Assembly: GCA_963789345.1 (NCBI GenBank)
Contig: CAWBKR010000027.1
Location: 53,065-77,064, forward strand
Length of the DNA stretch: 24,000 bases
Direction: 5' to 3'
Source: an uncultured Actinomycetota bacterium
GTDB taxonomy: Bacteria; Actinomycetota; Actinomycetes; Propionibacteriales; Propionibacteriaceae
A program made the translations under genes and the position numbers. Positions 1 through 8,478 of this stretch are shown piece by piece. The notes under the pieces were generated by a model. That model worked only from the letters and a program-made list of their open reading frames with translations. It was not told the origin of the DNA and searched no databases. How positions within the stretch are numbered: position 1 is the first letter of the stretch; every line of letters begins with the position of its first letter.

Positions 1-90
1 TCACCCGGGGTGCGAGGTGGCCAAGGGATCAGAGCGGGCCCTCAGCAGATCTACAGGTCGGCGCCAAGTGCCCGCACGCCAATCAGGACA

Positions 91-158
91 TTCCCGCGCG
101 CGATCCCAGCGTTCGCGCGCAATATTTCGCGCGCGGATGCCGGTTTCCCGCGCGAAGA
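91..158. repeat. ~68-bp imperfect palindromic intergenic repeat, copy 1 (more degenerate)
   Basis: ttcccgcgcgcgatcccagcgttcgcgcgcaatatttcgcgcgcggatgccggtttcccgcgcgaaga aligns without gaps to 2276-2343 at about 55 of 68 positions. The two halves are largely self-complementary. It starts 13 nt beyond the ADH stop codon (172-174). Confidence 0.75.
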
Positions 159-171
159 CTGCGGGCAGGTG

Positions 172-1345
172 CTAGACGGGGGCGTCCAGACCCGGCACGA
201 CGGCCACCTTCATGCTGTCGGGACTCATGCTCGTACGCATCGCGGCCTCCACGTCGTCGAGCCCGAACTGGTGGGTGACCATCTCAAGAGAACGGGTAGC
301 GATCGGCGTACCGCTCCAACAGGGGCAGCGCCGGTCCGTACCCGGTGCTCGGGTGGTTGGTCAGCCCGATCAGGCGGAGGTTCTTGCTGCAGACGTGGCG
401 GTGCACGTTGATGCTGACCTCGCCGGTGTCGGCGAAGTTGCCCATCTCCACCATCATCCCGCCGCGCTTCAGCATGTCGATGCCCTCGACGAACGACGTC
501 GGCGTGTTCGCCATGTGAAGGACGACGTCGGCACCGCGTCCCTCGGTCAGCTCGCGTACGCGGTCGAGACGCTCCTCCGCCGTCGTCGACGAGACGTCGA
601 GCACCTCGTCGGCGCCGCAGCGTTTCGCCCAGTCCAGCCGGTACGGGCTGAGGTCGGTCGCGATGATCTGCCCGGCCCCATGAGGTCGGCCTTCGCGACG
701 TGCAGCAAACCGAGCGGCCCGGAGCCGATCACCACCACGGTGTCGCCGGAGTTGAAACCCTCCATCGCGTACGAGGAGAACTCCTTCACCTTGTCCAGGC
801 TGGCCGCGCAGGTCATCAACTCCGCCAGCACCGCCACCTGCGGCGAGAGCCCGGACGGCACCTTGTAGACGAAGGTGTCGGGTCGCAGGTACATGAACTC
901 CGACCACCCGCCCAGCAGGTGCGGCGGCTCGGCGCTGGTGAAGGAGTTGCCGTAGCACTCCGAGTTGTCGCACCACACGTACCCCATGACGTGCGTGCAC
1001 GGATAGCAGCGCCCGCAGACCACGTCCGGGCACATGGTGATGCGGTCCCCGACGGCGAGGCGGCGACCGTAGAACTCGATCTTCTCCGCGGCCGTCGGCG
1101 TGATCTCCGCGACCACCCCGACGTTCTCGTGGCCCTGAATGATCGGGAACGGCGTGTCCGTCTCGGCCGGAGTCCCCGCGTACTGCTTGGTCTCGCCGAG
1201 GAACGTGTGCTTGTCGGTGCCGCAGATCCCCGACATCTCGACCTCGCAGGAGCAGCGTCCCGTCGGGCAGCGAAGGCCGTGGGAACTCCTGCACCTCGTA
1301 GCGACCCGGCTCGACCAATACCGCTGCTCTGATGCCGTCACCCAT
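172..1345 (-). pseudogene. Zn-dependent alcohol dehydrogenase (MDR family), readable only across 3 frame switches
   Basis: A continuous MDR sequence appears only by switching frame. The segments are MGDGIRAAVLVEPGRYEVQEFPRPSLPDGTLLL (1345 to ~1247), EVEMSGICGTDKH...GHENVGVV...CGRCYPC...VVVIGSGPLGLLHVAKA (to ~678), GQIIATDLSPYRLDWAKRCGADEVLDV...MVEMGNF (to ~288), and LEMVTHQFGLDDVEAAM to the stop at 172-174. A GGGAGGG Shine-Dalgarno sequence lies ~7 nt upstream of ATG 1345. Confidence 0.7.
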
Positions 1346-1403
1346 GACATCACCCTCCCTCATCGCGACGATGAGTTCTGCCGATGGGTCTGGTCTGACC
1401 GTC

Positions 1404-2270
1404 ATGAGCACACACCAGCTGGACGTCCCCGGGGCCAAGATCCACTACGAGGTTCGCGGGTCAGGCCCGCTGCTCCTGGTGGTCGGCCAGCCGATGACGA
1501 GCGAACCGTTCGGCCCGCTGGCCGATCTCCTCGCCGAAGACCACACGGTGGTCACCTACGATCCGCACGGACTCGGCCAGAGCACCGTGGACGATCCGTC
1601 GCAGCCGATCACTCCCGAGGTCGAGGCCGACGACCTGGCCCGCATCATCGACGCTGTCGGCGGTGGACCCGCAGACGTCTTCGGCACGAGTGGGGGAGCG
1701 GTCGCCGGCCTGGCCCTCGCCGCCCACCAGCCGGACAAGGTCCGGACGCTCATCGCGCACGAGCCGCCGGTCACCGAGCTCGTCGAGGACGCACCCCACA
1801 TCCGGGCCGCGGTGGACGAGGTGGAGGACGCCTACGAGCAGTACGGGTCGGGCGCCGGCTGGGGCAAGTTCGTCTCGTTGGTGATGCACGACGGGTTGGT
1901 TCCCGAGACCGGCCCGGCGCCGGCCACGTGGCCACCGCCCGGACAGGCGGATCAGGGATCCGAGACCGAGCAGACCCCACCGGAGCCGAACGAGAAGCAG
2001 GAGGCCGACAACGCGTTGTTCTTCCTGCGGATGCTCAAGCCCTTCACCCGGTACGAGCCGCAGGTGGAGGCGCTCCGTGCGGGCGCGCCGCGGGTCGTGG
2101 TCGCGGTGGGCGAAGCCTCCGGTGAGGAGATCGCGAAGCGCTCCAGCGTCGCCCTGGCCGAGCGGCTCGCCACGACGGCCGTCGTGTTCCCGGGAGACCA
2201 CGGCGGCTTCATGGCCGATCCGGCCGGTTTCGCGGCGGCGATCCGGAAGGAACTCGGCCAGACGGCCTGA
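1404..2270 (+). CDS. alpha/beta-fold hydrolase (intact)
   Basis: The frame is open from 1332 to 2270. The sequence HYEVRGSGPLLLVVG...GTSGG (GxSxG nucleophile elbow)...PGDHGGF is typical of alpha/beta hydrolases. The start is ambiguous (ATG at 1332, 1371 or 1404); 1404 gives the usual short N-terminus. It is divergent from the ADH start at 1345. Confidence 0.8.
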   Translation: MSTHQLDVPGAKIHYEVRGSGPLLLVVGQPMTSEPFGPLADLLAEDHTVVTYDPHGLGQSTVDDPSQPITPEVEADDLARIIDAVGGGPADVFGTSGGAVAGLALAAHQPDKVRTLIAHEPPVTELVEDAPHIRAAVDEVEDAYEQYGSGAGWGKFVSLVMHDGLVPETGPAPATWPPPGQADQGSETEQTPPEPNEKQEADNALFFLRMLKPFTRYEPQVEALRAGAPRVVVAVGEASGEEIAKRSSVALAERLATTAVVFPGDHGGFMADPAGFAAAIRKELGQTA

Positions 2271-2275
2271 CCCAG

Positions 2276-2343
2276 TTCCCGCGCGCGATTCCGGCGTTCG
2301 CTCGCAAACTTTCGCGAGCGAACGCTGGTTTCGCGCGCGGGAA
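2276..2343. repeat. ~68-bp palindromic intergenic repeat, copy 2 (best preserved); likely bidirectional terminator hairpin
   Basis: In ttcccgcgcgcgattccggcgttcgctcgcaaac/tttcgcgagcgaacgctggtttcgcgcgcgggaa, position i pairs with position 69-i for about 30 of 33 pairs. The pairing is a 13-bp stem, a 2-nt mismatch, then a 15-bp stem. The element fills the 85-bp gap between the convergent stops at 2270 (+) and 2356 (-). Confidence 0.8.
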
Positions 2344-2355
2344 CGGTGGACCTGC

Positions 2356-3405
2356 CTACGCGCGGATCTCGTAGACGAGATTGAACGGCGTCTGGGCCGC
2401 GCGGCGGAAGTGGGTGAAACCGGCCTCGGTGATCACCGCTTCGGTGGCGGCCTCGCCGGCCTGCGCACCGAGGGAGTAGCCGCCGGACTGCGAGAGGCCG
2501 TTCGGCACACACAGGAACATCGACCCGGCGTAGTACAGCCGCCCCACCGGGTTGAAGTTGTCCTCCACCTTGTCGCGAGGCGAACGGTTCGACGAGCAGC
2601 CAGGTGCCGCCGGGCGCCAGCGACTCGCGGATCTGCCGAGCCGCGCCGACCGGATCGCCCATGTCGTGCAGGGCGTCGAACATCGCTCACCAGGTCGAAG
2701 CCGGTCCCGCTGAACGTCTGCGCCGTCGCGATCTCGAAGCTGACCCGATCGCTCACCCCGGCCTCGGCGGCCTTCTTGCCGGCGAGCTCGATCGACTCGG
2801 CGTGGTAGTCGAAGCCGACGACCGTGCTCTGCGGGTACGCCTCGGCCATCAACACCGACGACGAGCCGAGCCCGCAGCCGACGTCGGCCACCCGACCGCC
2901 GGCGGTCAGCTTGGCGTCGACGCCGTCCAGCGCCGGGAATCCAGTGCGGCACCAGCTCGGCGACGTAGCCCGGGCGGTAGAACGCGTCGCAGCCGACGAA
3001 GACGTCGTGGTCGTGCTCGTGCCAGGCGATGCCCTCGCCCGTACGGAAGGCCTCGGCGAGCTGCGGTTCGGCCCGCAAGTAGCCCAGGGTGGTCAACACC
3101 GCCGCCGAGACGTTCGGGCCGTTCGGGTCCGCCAGGCAGAAGGCCTGCTCCTCGGTGAGCGAGAAGCGGCCCGTGGCCGGCTCGTAGCTGACGTAGCCGC
3201 CGGCCGCCTGGCCCCGCAGCCACTCGGTCAGGTAGCGCAGGGCGTACCCGGTCCGCTGCGCGAACTCCTCGGGGGTCGCCGGGCCCTCGGCCAGCGACCC
3301 GTACAGGCCCAGCCGGTTGCCGATCGCCACCTGGCCCGCCGAGCCGGTCGCGCCCATGTCCGACACGAACTGGCCGAGAAATTCCATTACCTTGTTGTGG
3401 TCCAT
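2356..3405 (-). pseudogene. class I SAM-dependent methyltransferase, readable only across 3 frame switches
   Basis: The segments are MDHNKVMEFLGQFVSDMGATGSAG...FYRPGYVAELVPHWIP (3405 to ~2933), ALDGVDAKLTAGGRVADVGCGLG (SAM motif I)...SGTGFDLV (to ~2687), MFDALHDMGDPVGAARQIRESLAPGGTWLLVEP (to ~2590), and DKVEDNFNPVGRLYYAGS...NLVYEIRA to the stop at 2356. An AAAGGAG Shine-Dalgarno sequence lies 8 nt upstream of ATG 3405. Confidence 0.7.
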
Positions 3406-3466
3406 CGAATGGACTCCTTTCTGGTTGTGCCGGGAGTGGTCCCGGTCAGGCACCAGCGTCGGAGGG

Positions 3467-3498
3467 ACGCGCTTGCACCGCTCTGCCACGCGCTTGCA
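3467..3498 (+). promoter_or_regulatory. perfect 11-nt direct repeat acgcgcttgca x2, 21-nt periodicity, at the 5' end of the SARP-type regulator gene
   Basis: acgcgcttgca occurs at 3467-3477 and again at 3488-3498. The second copy overlaps the candidate TTG start at 3494. The repeats lie in the 88-bp divergent region between the methyltransferase and the regulator. A small hairpin, ccggga-gtgg-tcccgg, sits at 3430-3445. Confidence 0.3.
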
Positions 3499-6319
3499 GG
3501 GAACTGTCAGGGTCGAGGTGCTCGGGCCCCTGCGGTTGGTCGTCGACGGCGAGACGGTTGACGTACGGGGTCCGAAGCGCCGCGCGGTGCTCGCGCTGCT
3601 GGCCGTCGCCGGCGGTCGTACGGTGCCGGTCGACGACCTGGTCGACGCGCTGTGGCCGTCGGAGGTGCCCGACTCGGCCCGTGCGGCCCTGCAGAGCCAC
3701 GTGTTCCGGCTACGGAGCCACCTCGGACCGGCGGTGGGACGACTGGAGACGCACCCGGACGGCTATCGGTTGGCCCTCGAAGCCGACGAACTGGACCTGG
3801 CGCAGGCGCGAAGCCTGCTCAGCGAGGCGCGCCGAACCGCCGATCGCGATCCCCTCCACGCCGTCACCCTGCTGCGGACGGCGGACGGACTCTGGCGCGG
3901 CCCGGTCCTGCCGGATCTCACCGACGTGCTGCCCCTGGCCGCCGGCCGCGGAGGGCTGGGCCCAACTGCACAAAGAGGTGGTCGACGTCCTGATCGGGTG
4001 CGCGATCGCCGCCGGACAGGCGGGCGAGGTACTCGCCTGGCCGCGTCGACCGTGGCGGCCGACCCTCTCCGCGAGCCGGCCGTGCTGCTGCAGATGCGGG
4101 CGCTCGCGGCGACCGCGCAGGCCGCGGAGGCGATGCGCGTCGGACGGGAGTACCGCCGCCGACTGGCCGAGGAGACCGGGCTCGATCCGACTCCGGCGCT
4201 CGCCGCCCTGGAACGCGAGATCGCGGGTGGCGCCGCCGGGCCGGCGCCCGGCGCCTCCGAAGGTGGCACCGCAGTCCGCCGACCCGGCTGATCGGCCGCG
4301 ACCGGGCCGTCGCCTCACTGCACCGACTGCTCGCCGCGGAGCGGCTGGTGACCATCGTCGGACCCGGTGGCGTCGGCAAGACGAGCGTCGCCCTCGAGGT
4401 CGCCCGCCGGAGCGAGCCGGCGACGGTGCTGCTCCTCGCCCCGGTGACCGATCCCGCCGGGCCTCCCGCACGCCCTGGCCGAGACCCTCGATCTCAAGGT
4501 CGCCCAGGGTGACGTCCTGTCGGCCTGCATCGCCGTCCTGGGCGACGAGCCGGGGATGCTGGTGATCGACAACTGCGAGCACCTGCTCGACGCCGTTCGC
4601 GAGACCGTCGGTCTGATCCTGGCCGGTTGCCCGCGCCTCTCGGTCCTGACCACCAGTCGGGAGCCGCTCGGCCTGCCGACCGAGTACAGCTCTCGGCTGG
4701 CTCCCCTGCCCTTGCCCGGATCCGACGGCGATCTGCGGGAGATCCCGTCCGTTGCGGTGTTCGTCGACCGCGCGCGGCGGGTCCGGCGCGGGTCGCCGCC
4801 GTCGGAGTCCGACCTGCGGATCGTCGCCGACATCGTGCGCCGGCTCGACGGCATGCCGCTGGCCATCGAACTGGCCGCCGGGCGGCTCTCGACCCTGTCT
4901 CTGCGCGATCTGCGCGACCGGCTCGACCGTTCGCTGGACCTGCTCGGCGGCGGCCGTACGGACGTCGGACGCCCGGCACCGTACGCTCCGCGCCACCATC
5001 GAGTGGTCCTACGACCTGCTCACCTCCGACGAGCAGGAGCTGTTCCGGCGGTTGTCGATCTTCCCCGACGGCGTGGACCTGGCGACGGCCGAGACGCTGG
5101 CCGCCGAGCTGACCAACGCCGGCGATCCGACCACACGGCTGGCCCGACTCGTCGACGCCTCCATGATCGAAGCCGACTTCTCCGACGGCACCCGGTACCG
5201 GATGCTGGAGACGCTGCGGGCCTTCGGCCTGGACCGCCTGGAGGCGGCCGGCGAGACCGACGCCGCGGCCGAGCGGCTGCTCCGCTGGGCGGTCGAGCTG
5301 ACCGCCTGGGTCGAGCAGACGGCACGCTCACCGCCGACGAGCCGGAGGCCGATGCGGTCCTGCGCCGCGAGCTGCCGAACCTGCGCGCAGCGTGGCGGCT
5401 GGCCCGGAGTCGTGGCGCGCTCGACGAGGCGGCGGCCATCGTGACGACGCTCGCGGATCTCCGCGGTCGCCTACCGCGACCTCGTCGAGATCCGCGGCTG
5501 GGCCGAGGAATTGGCCGCCGATCCGCAGCTGGTCGGTCATCCCGAGGAGGCCGCGGTGCTCGGCACGGCGGCCAGGCGGCCTACCACCGCGGGCGACTAC
5601 GCGGCGGCCGAGCAGCTCTGCCCGCGCCGGTCTCGAACGGGCCCGACGACGCGCGGTGGAGTTGTGCCTGTTCCCGCTGCCGTGGCGCGCTGGCCGTGGT
5701 GCGTACGAGCGAGGTCGTCGAGCACTGCCTGAGACGGCGGAAATCGCCGCACCGGCAGCGACGAGAGTCTCGGAATCGCTGCCCTGGCCGCCGACCTACG
5801 CCGGTGATCTCCGAGCAGGCCCGTGCCCTCAACGAGCAGGGGTACGCCCACGGGTTCTCGCCCACGATGCCGCCTTCGGCCGACTACGTCTCCGGCGAGA
5901 TCGAGAGTGCGCTCGGCCACGTCGAGGTCGCGGAGCAGCAGTACGTACGGGCCATCGAGCTCGCCCGGAGCTCCGGAGCCACGTTCATGGTCGGGGTGGC
6001 CAACGTCGGGCTCCTGGCCAATCGGGCCCGCGCCGGCCGGACCCACGACGCGTTGCTCGGGTACCGCGACGTCGTCGACTACTTCGCCCGGACCGGCAAC
6101 TGGACCCACCTCTGGGTCGCCCTCCGCAACCTGGCGGACCTGCTCCGCCAGATCGGCGACGACGAGCCGGCCGCCCTGCTCGACGCCGCCGCCGACCAAG
6201 CCCCGGACGCCCCCGCCGTCCCCGAGACCGATCGCGAGGCGCCTACCACCCCGCCGATCAGCCGATCCGCCGTACTGGACATCGCCCGACGCGCCATCGA
6301 GGAGAACCTGCAGCGCTGA
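3494..6319 (+). pseudogene. AfsR-like regulator (SARP winged-helix/BTAD + NB-ARC ATPase + TPR), at least 8 frame switches
   Basis: The N-terminus VRVEVLGPLRLVVDGETVDVRGPKRRAVLALLA...LWP...ALQSHVFRLR matches the SARP DNA-binding and BTAD pattern. The NB-ARC part shows LIGRDRAV...IVGPGGVGKTS (Walker A), GMLVIDNCEHL (Walker B) and DGMPLAIELAA. The tail is TPR-like and ends ...AIEENLQR at stop 6317-6319. Frame changes are needed near 3945, 4040, 4270, 4458, 4960, 5325 and 5460, and at least once in 5620-5800. Confidence 0.7.
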
Positions 6320-6380
6320 GCCTCCCCAATCCAGCCCCATCCAGCCCCTGCCCCCGCGCCCGCCCCGCCCGGCCCCCGGG

Positions 6381-6424
6381 CCCCCAAAATCTCGGCAACT
6401 GTTAACAGTTTCCCGAGTTGGGGG
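6381..6424. terminator. bidirectional terminator-like hairpin between convergent genes
   Basis: The structure is cccccaa-aat-ctcgg-c-aactg-ttaa-cagtt-tc-ccgag-ttggggg, with stems of 7+5+5 bp around an AT-rich GTTAAC core. It lies between the regulator stop (6319) and the aminotransferase stop (6460). Confidence 0.55.
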
Positions 6425-6459
6425 CCTCGCACCGGCGTGTCGCCGCCATATCCCGACAG

Positions 6460-7629
6460 TTACCCGCTCGTCCGATCCGCCGACGCGGCTGCCGCCATCC
6501 GACGGACCGCCTCCTCCAAGACCGACGTCGAGGCCGCGAAGTTGAGCCGTACGAAGCCCTCCGACCCGGCCCCGAAGAAGGCACCCTCGCTCAGGGCGAC
6601 CCGTCCACGTTCGAGGAAGACGGTCCCGGGATCGGGCTGGAGATCGAGAGCCCGGCAGTCCAGCCAGGCGAAGTAGGTCGCCTCGGGCGGACGCCAGCCG
6701 ACGCCGGGCAGCTGCTGCTCGAGCAAGCGGCCGAGCAGCGCCCGGTTGTCACGCAGCCCCGCGACGTGGGCGTCCAGCCAGGCACCCCCGTGCCGATACG
6801 CGGTCGTGTGGGCCAGCACGCCGAACGCACTCGCTCCGAACCGTACGATCTCCGGCACCTGCGCCAGTTCATCCCGAGCTGCCGCACCCGGGACGACCAC
6901 GGCCGCCTTGAGCCCGGCGATGTTGAAGGCCTTCGCCGCAGACGTCACCGCGAAGCCCGACTCGGTGCCCGGGACAGCGAGGTAGGGCGTGAAGGTGTGG
7001 CCCGGGAAGGTCAGCGGTCCGTGCACCTCGTCGACCACGACCCGCACGCGGTACCGCTCGGCCAAGTCGGCCACCTGCCCGAGCTCGGCCGCCGTGTGGA
7101 CGACTCCGGTCGGGTTGTGCGGACTGCAGAGGAGGAGCGCGGCGCGCCCGCCGCGCCACGTGCTCCGGTCGAAGGCCTCCTCGAGAGTCGAAGGGTCGAG
7201 TCGTCCGTCGGCGGACAGCTGCGCCGGAACGATCGCACGGCCGGCGTGTTCGATGATCATCTCGAACGGCTTCCAGACCGGGGGCGTGATGATCACCGGA
7301 TCGCCGGGCTCGGTGATCATCCGCAGCACCTCGGTGAGGCCGGTCAGCACGTCGGCCACCTCGAGCACTGATTCGGGGTCCACCGACCAGCCCCACCGAT
7401 CAGCGGCGAACTCGGCGAAGGCCGCCGGCAGATCACTGCCGGCCGGGTAGCCGGTGTCTCCACGGCTCAGCGCCGCCCGCAAGGCGTCGGTGATCACCTC
7501 GGCCGGCGCGGTGTCCATCTCGGCTACCCAGAGGGGCAGCACGTCGGGTTCGTAGGTCAACCACTTGAGCGACGTCCGGGCCCGCATCACCTCCTCGCCG
7601 AACGCGGCGAAGGGGTTCGGCTCGGACAC
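6460..7629 (-). CDS. PLP-dependent aminotransferase class I/II, MalY/PatB-like C-S lyase
   Basis: Intact 389-aa ORF with ...TSLKW...LWVAEMD...CSPHNPTG...SAAKAFNIAG (PLP lysine)...VRLNFA. It has a GTG start at 7629. Confidence 0.85.
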   Translation of the reverse strand: MSEPNPFAAFGEEVMRARTSLKWLTYEPDVLPLWVAEMDTAPAEVITDALRAALSRGDTGYPAGSDLPAAFAEFAADRWGWSVDPESVLEVADVLTGLTEVLRMITEPGDPVIITPPVWKPFEMIIEHAGRAIVPAQLSADGRLDPSTLEEAFDRSTWRGGRAALLLCSPHNPTGVVHTAAELGQVADLAERYRVRVVVDEVHGPLTFPGHTFTPYLAVPGTESGFAVTSAAKAFNIAGLKAAVVVPGAAARDELAQVPEIVRFGASAFGVLAHTTAYRHGGAWLDAHVAGLRDNRALLGRLLEQQLPGVGWRPPEATYFAWLDCRALDLQPDPGTVFLERGRVALSEGAFFGAGSEGFVRLNFAASTSVLEEAVRRMAAAASADRTSG

Positions 7630-7649
7630 CCTGCCACGCTACGGCAGGG
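7629..7649 (-). terminator. 7-bp GC hairpin in the 32-nt gap between the hemerythrin stop and the aminotransferase start
   Basis: The stem is ccctgcc (7629-7635) paired with ggcaggg (7643-7649), with a 7-nt loop. On the minus strand, the last stem base is the first base of the GTG start codon. Confidence 0.35.
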
Positions 7650-7661
7650 CTGCCGGAGTGA

Positions 7662-8276
7662 TCAGTTCCAGGTGGCGGCGATCGGGGTGTACGAGCGACC
7701 CAGCACTCGGGGCAGCACCGCGACGACCGGTCGAGGGAGGGCGTGATTCAGGTAGGTCCGTTCGTCGGTCCCGGCGCCGTCCAACAGCCAGGCCAGGTAG
7801 GCCGCGGCCGACGGCAAGCTCTGGGTCTTGCGGATCTCGACCTGGGCGCGCTTCATCGGAGGCGTGTCGGCCACCAGGGCCATCACCGGCTCGAGGTCGC
7901 GCTCCTCATGGGCGAAATGGGTCTCGATCGAGTCGCTCAGCGTCGAGAAGGCCGCCTTGGCCCGGTCGACCTGGGCCTGGCTCGGTTCCGCCGCCAGCTC
8001 CGCCATGGCGGCCCGGGTCAGCGTCATGGCCTGCGCCATGCGTTCGTGCTCGCCGTTCAGATCCTTCACCAGGGTCTGGTCGGCTCCGAGTTCTCGGAGG
8101 GCCGGCCAGAAGATCTCTTCCTCGCTGTGGTGATGGTGCTCGAGCTGGCCGTCGAGGAAGCGCCACGCCTGGTTCAGCTGCTCGGCACGTGGCTTCGACC
8201 CCACCGGAAAGTCCTCGAGAGCGGCGGAGAAGCGGGCGATGTCCCGCCGTACGGCGGCGTGGATCACGGTGTTCAT
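7662..8276 (-). CDS. hemerythrin (HHE cation-binding) domain protein
   Basis: 204 aa: MNTVIHAAVRRDI...LEHHHHSEEEIFWPAL...GEHERM...ETHFAHEERDLEPV, showing paired His/Glu metal-ligand motifs. It starts at ATG 8276. The longer ORF-track call (to 8846) runs through the hairpin and the hypE 3' end and is not credible. Confidence 0.8.
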   Translation of the reverse strand: MNTVIHAAVRRDIARFSAALEDFPVGSKPRAEQLNQAWRFLDGQLEHHHHSEEEIFWPALRELGADQTLVKDLNGEHERMAQAMTLTRAAMAELAAEPSQAQVDRAKAAFSTLSDSIETHFAHEERDLEPVMALVADTPPMKRAQVEIRKTQSLPSAAAYLAWLLDGAGTDERTYLNHALPRPVVAVLPRVLGRSYTPIAATWN

Positions 8277-8367
8277 CGTGAGGTGTTCCGGCACCTTCGT
8301 GATGCTAGTGCTCCACACCGACGCTCGCTCCGACTTCAGCCAGGTCAGAGCGTCGTAGCGTCCGGAA

Positions 8368-8441
8368 CCCAGGCGCACCCCTTCGTCGCCAGTTGCACCC
8401 CCATGTGAGGGTGCAACTGGCGACGTAAGGGTGCGCCTGGG
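8368..8441 (-). terminator. very long inverted repeat (33-nt arms, 8-nt loop) after hypE; putative terminator, processing site or operator
   Basis: The left arm cccaggcgcacccCTTCgtcgccagttgcaccc (8368-8400) pairs with the right arm gggtgcaactggcgacGTAAgggtgcgcctggg (8409-8441) across the loop ccatgtga. Pairing is 13 + 16 bp around a 4-nt segment in which 2 of 4 positions still pair. No U-tract follows it. Confidence 0.45.
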
Positions 8442-8478
8442 GGTTGGGCCTGCAGGAGGGGGCCTGGAGGAGGTCCGG

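Noticed and set aside
10-411. 133-aa plus-strand ORF at the window start.
   Set aside because: It is Arg/Gly-rich, runs through the palindromic repeat and the ADH 3' end, and has no motif. Whatever lies left of position 90 is too short to call.
3494-6319. The NB-ARC/TPR STAND NTPase considered as a possible Avs-like antiphage sensor.
   Set aside because: The N-terminus is a SARP winged-helix/BTAD DNA-binding module with no nuclease or other effector domain. This is the standard AfsR-type transcriptional regulator architecture, and the gene is frame-disrupted.
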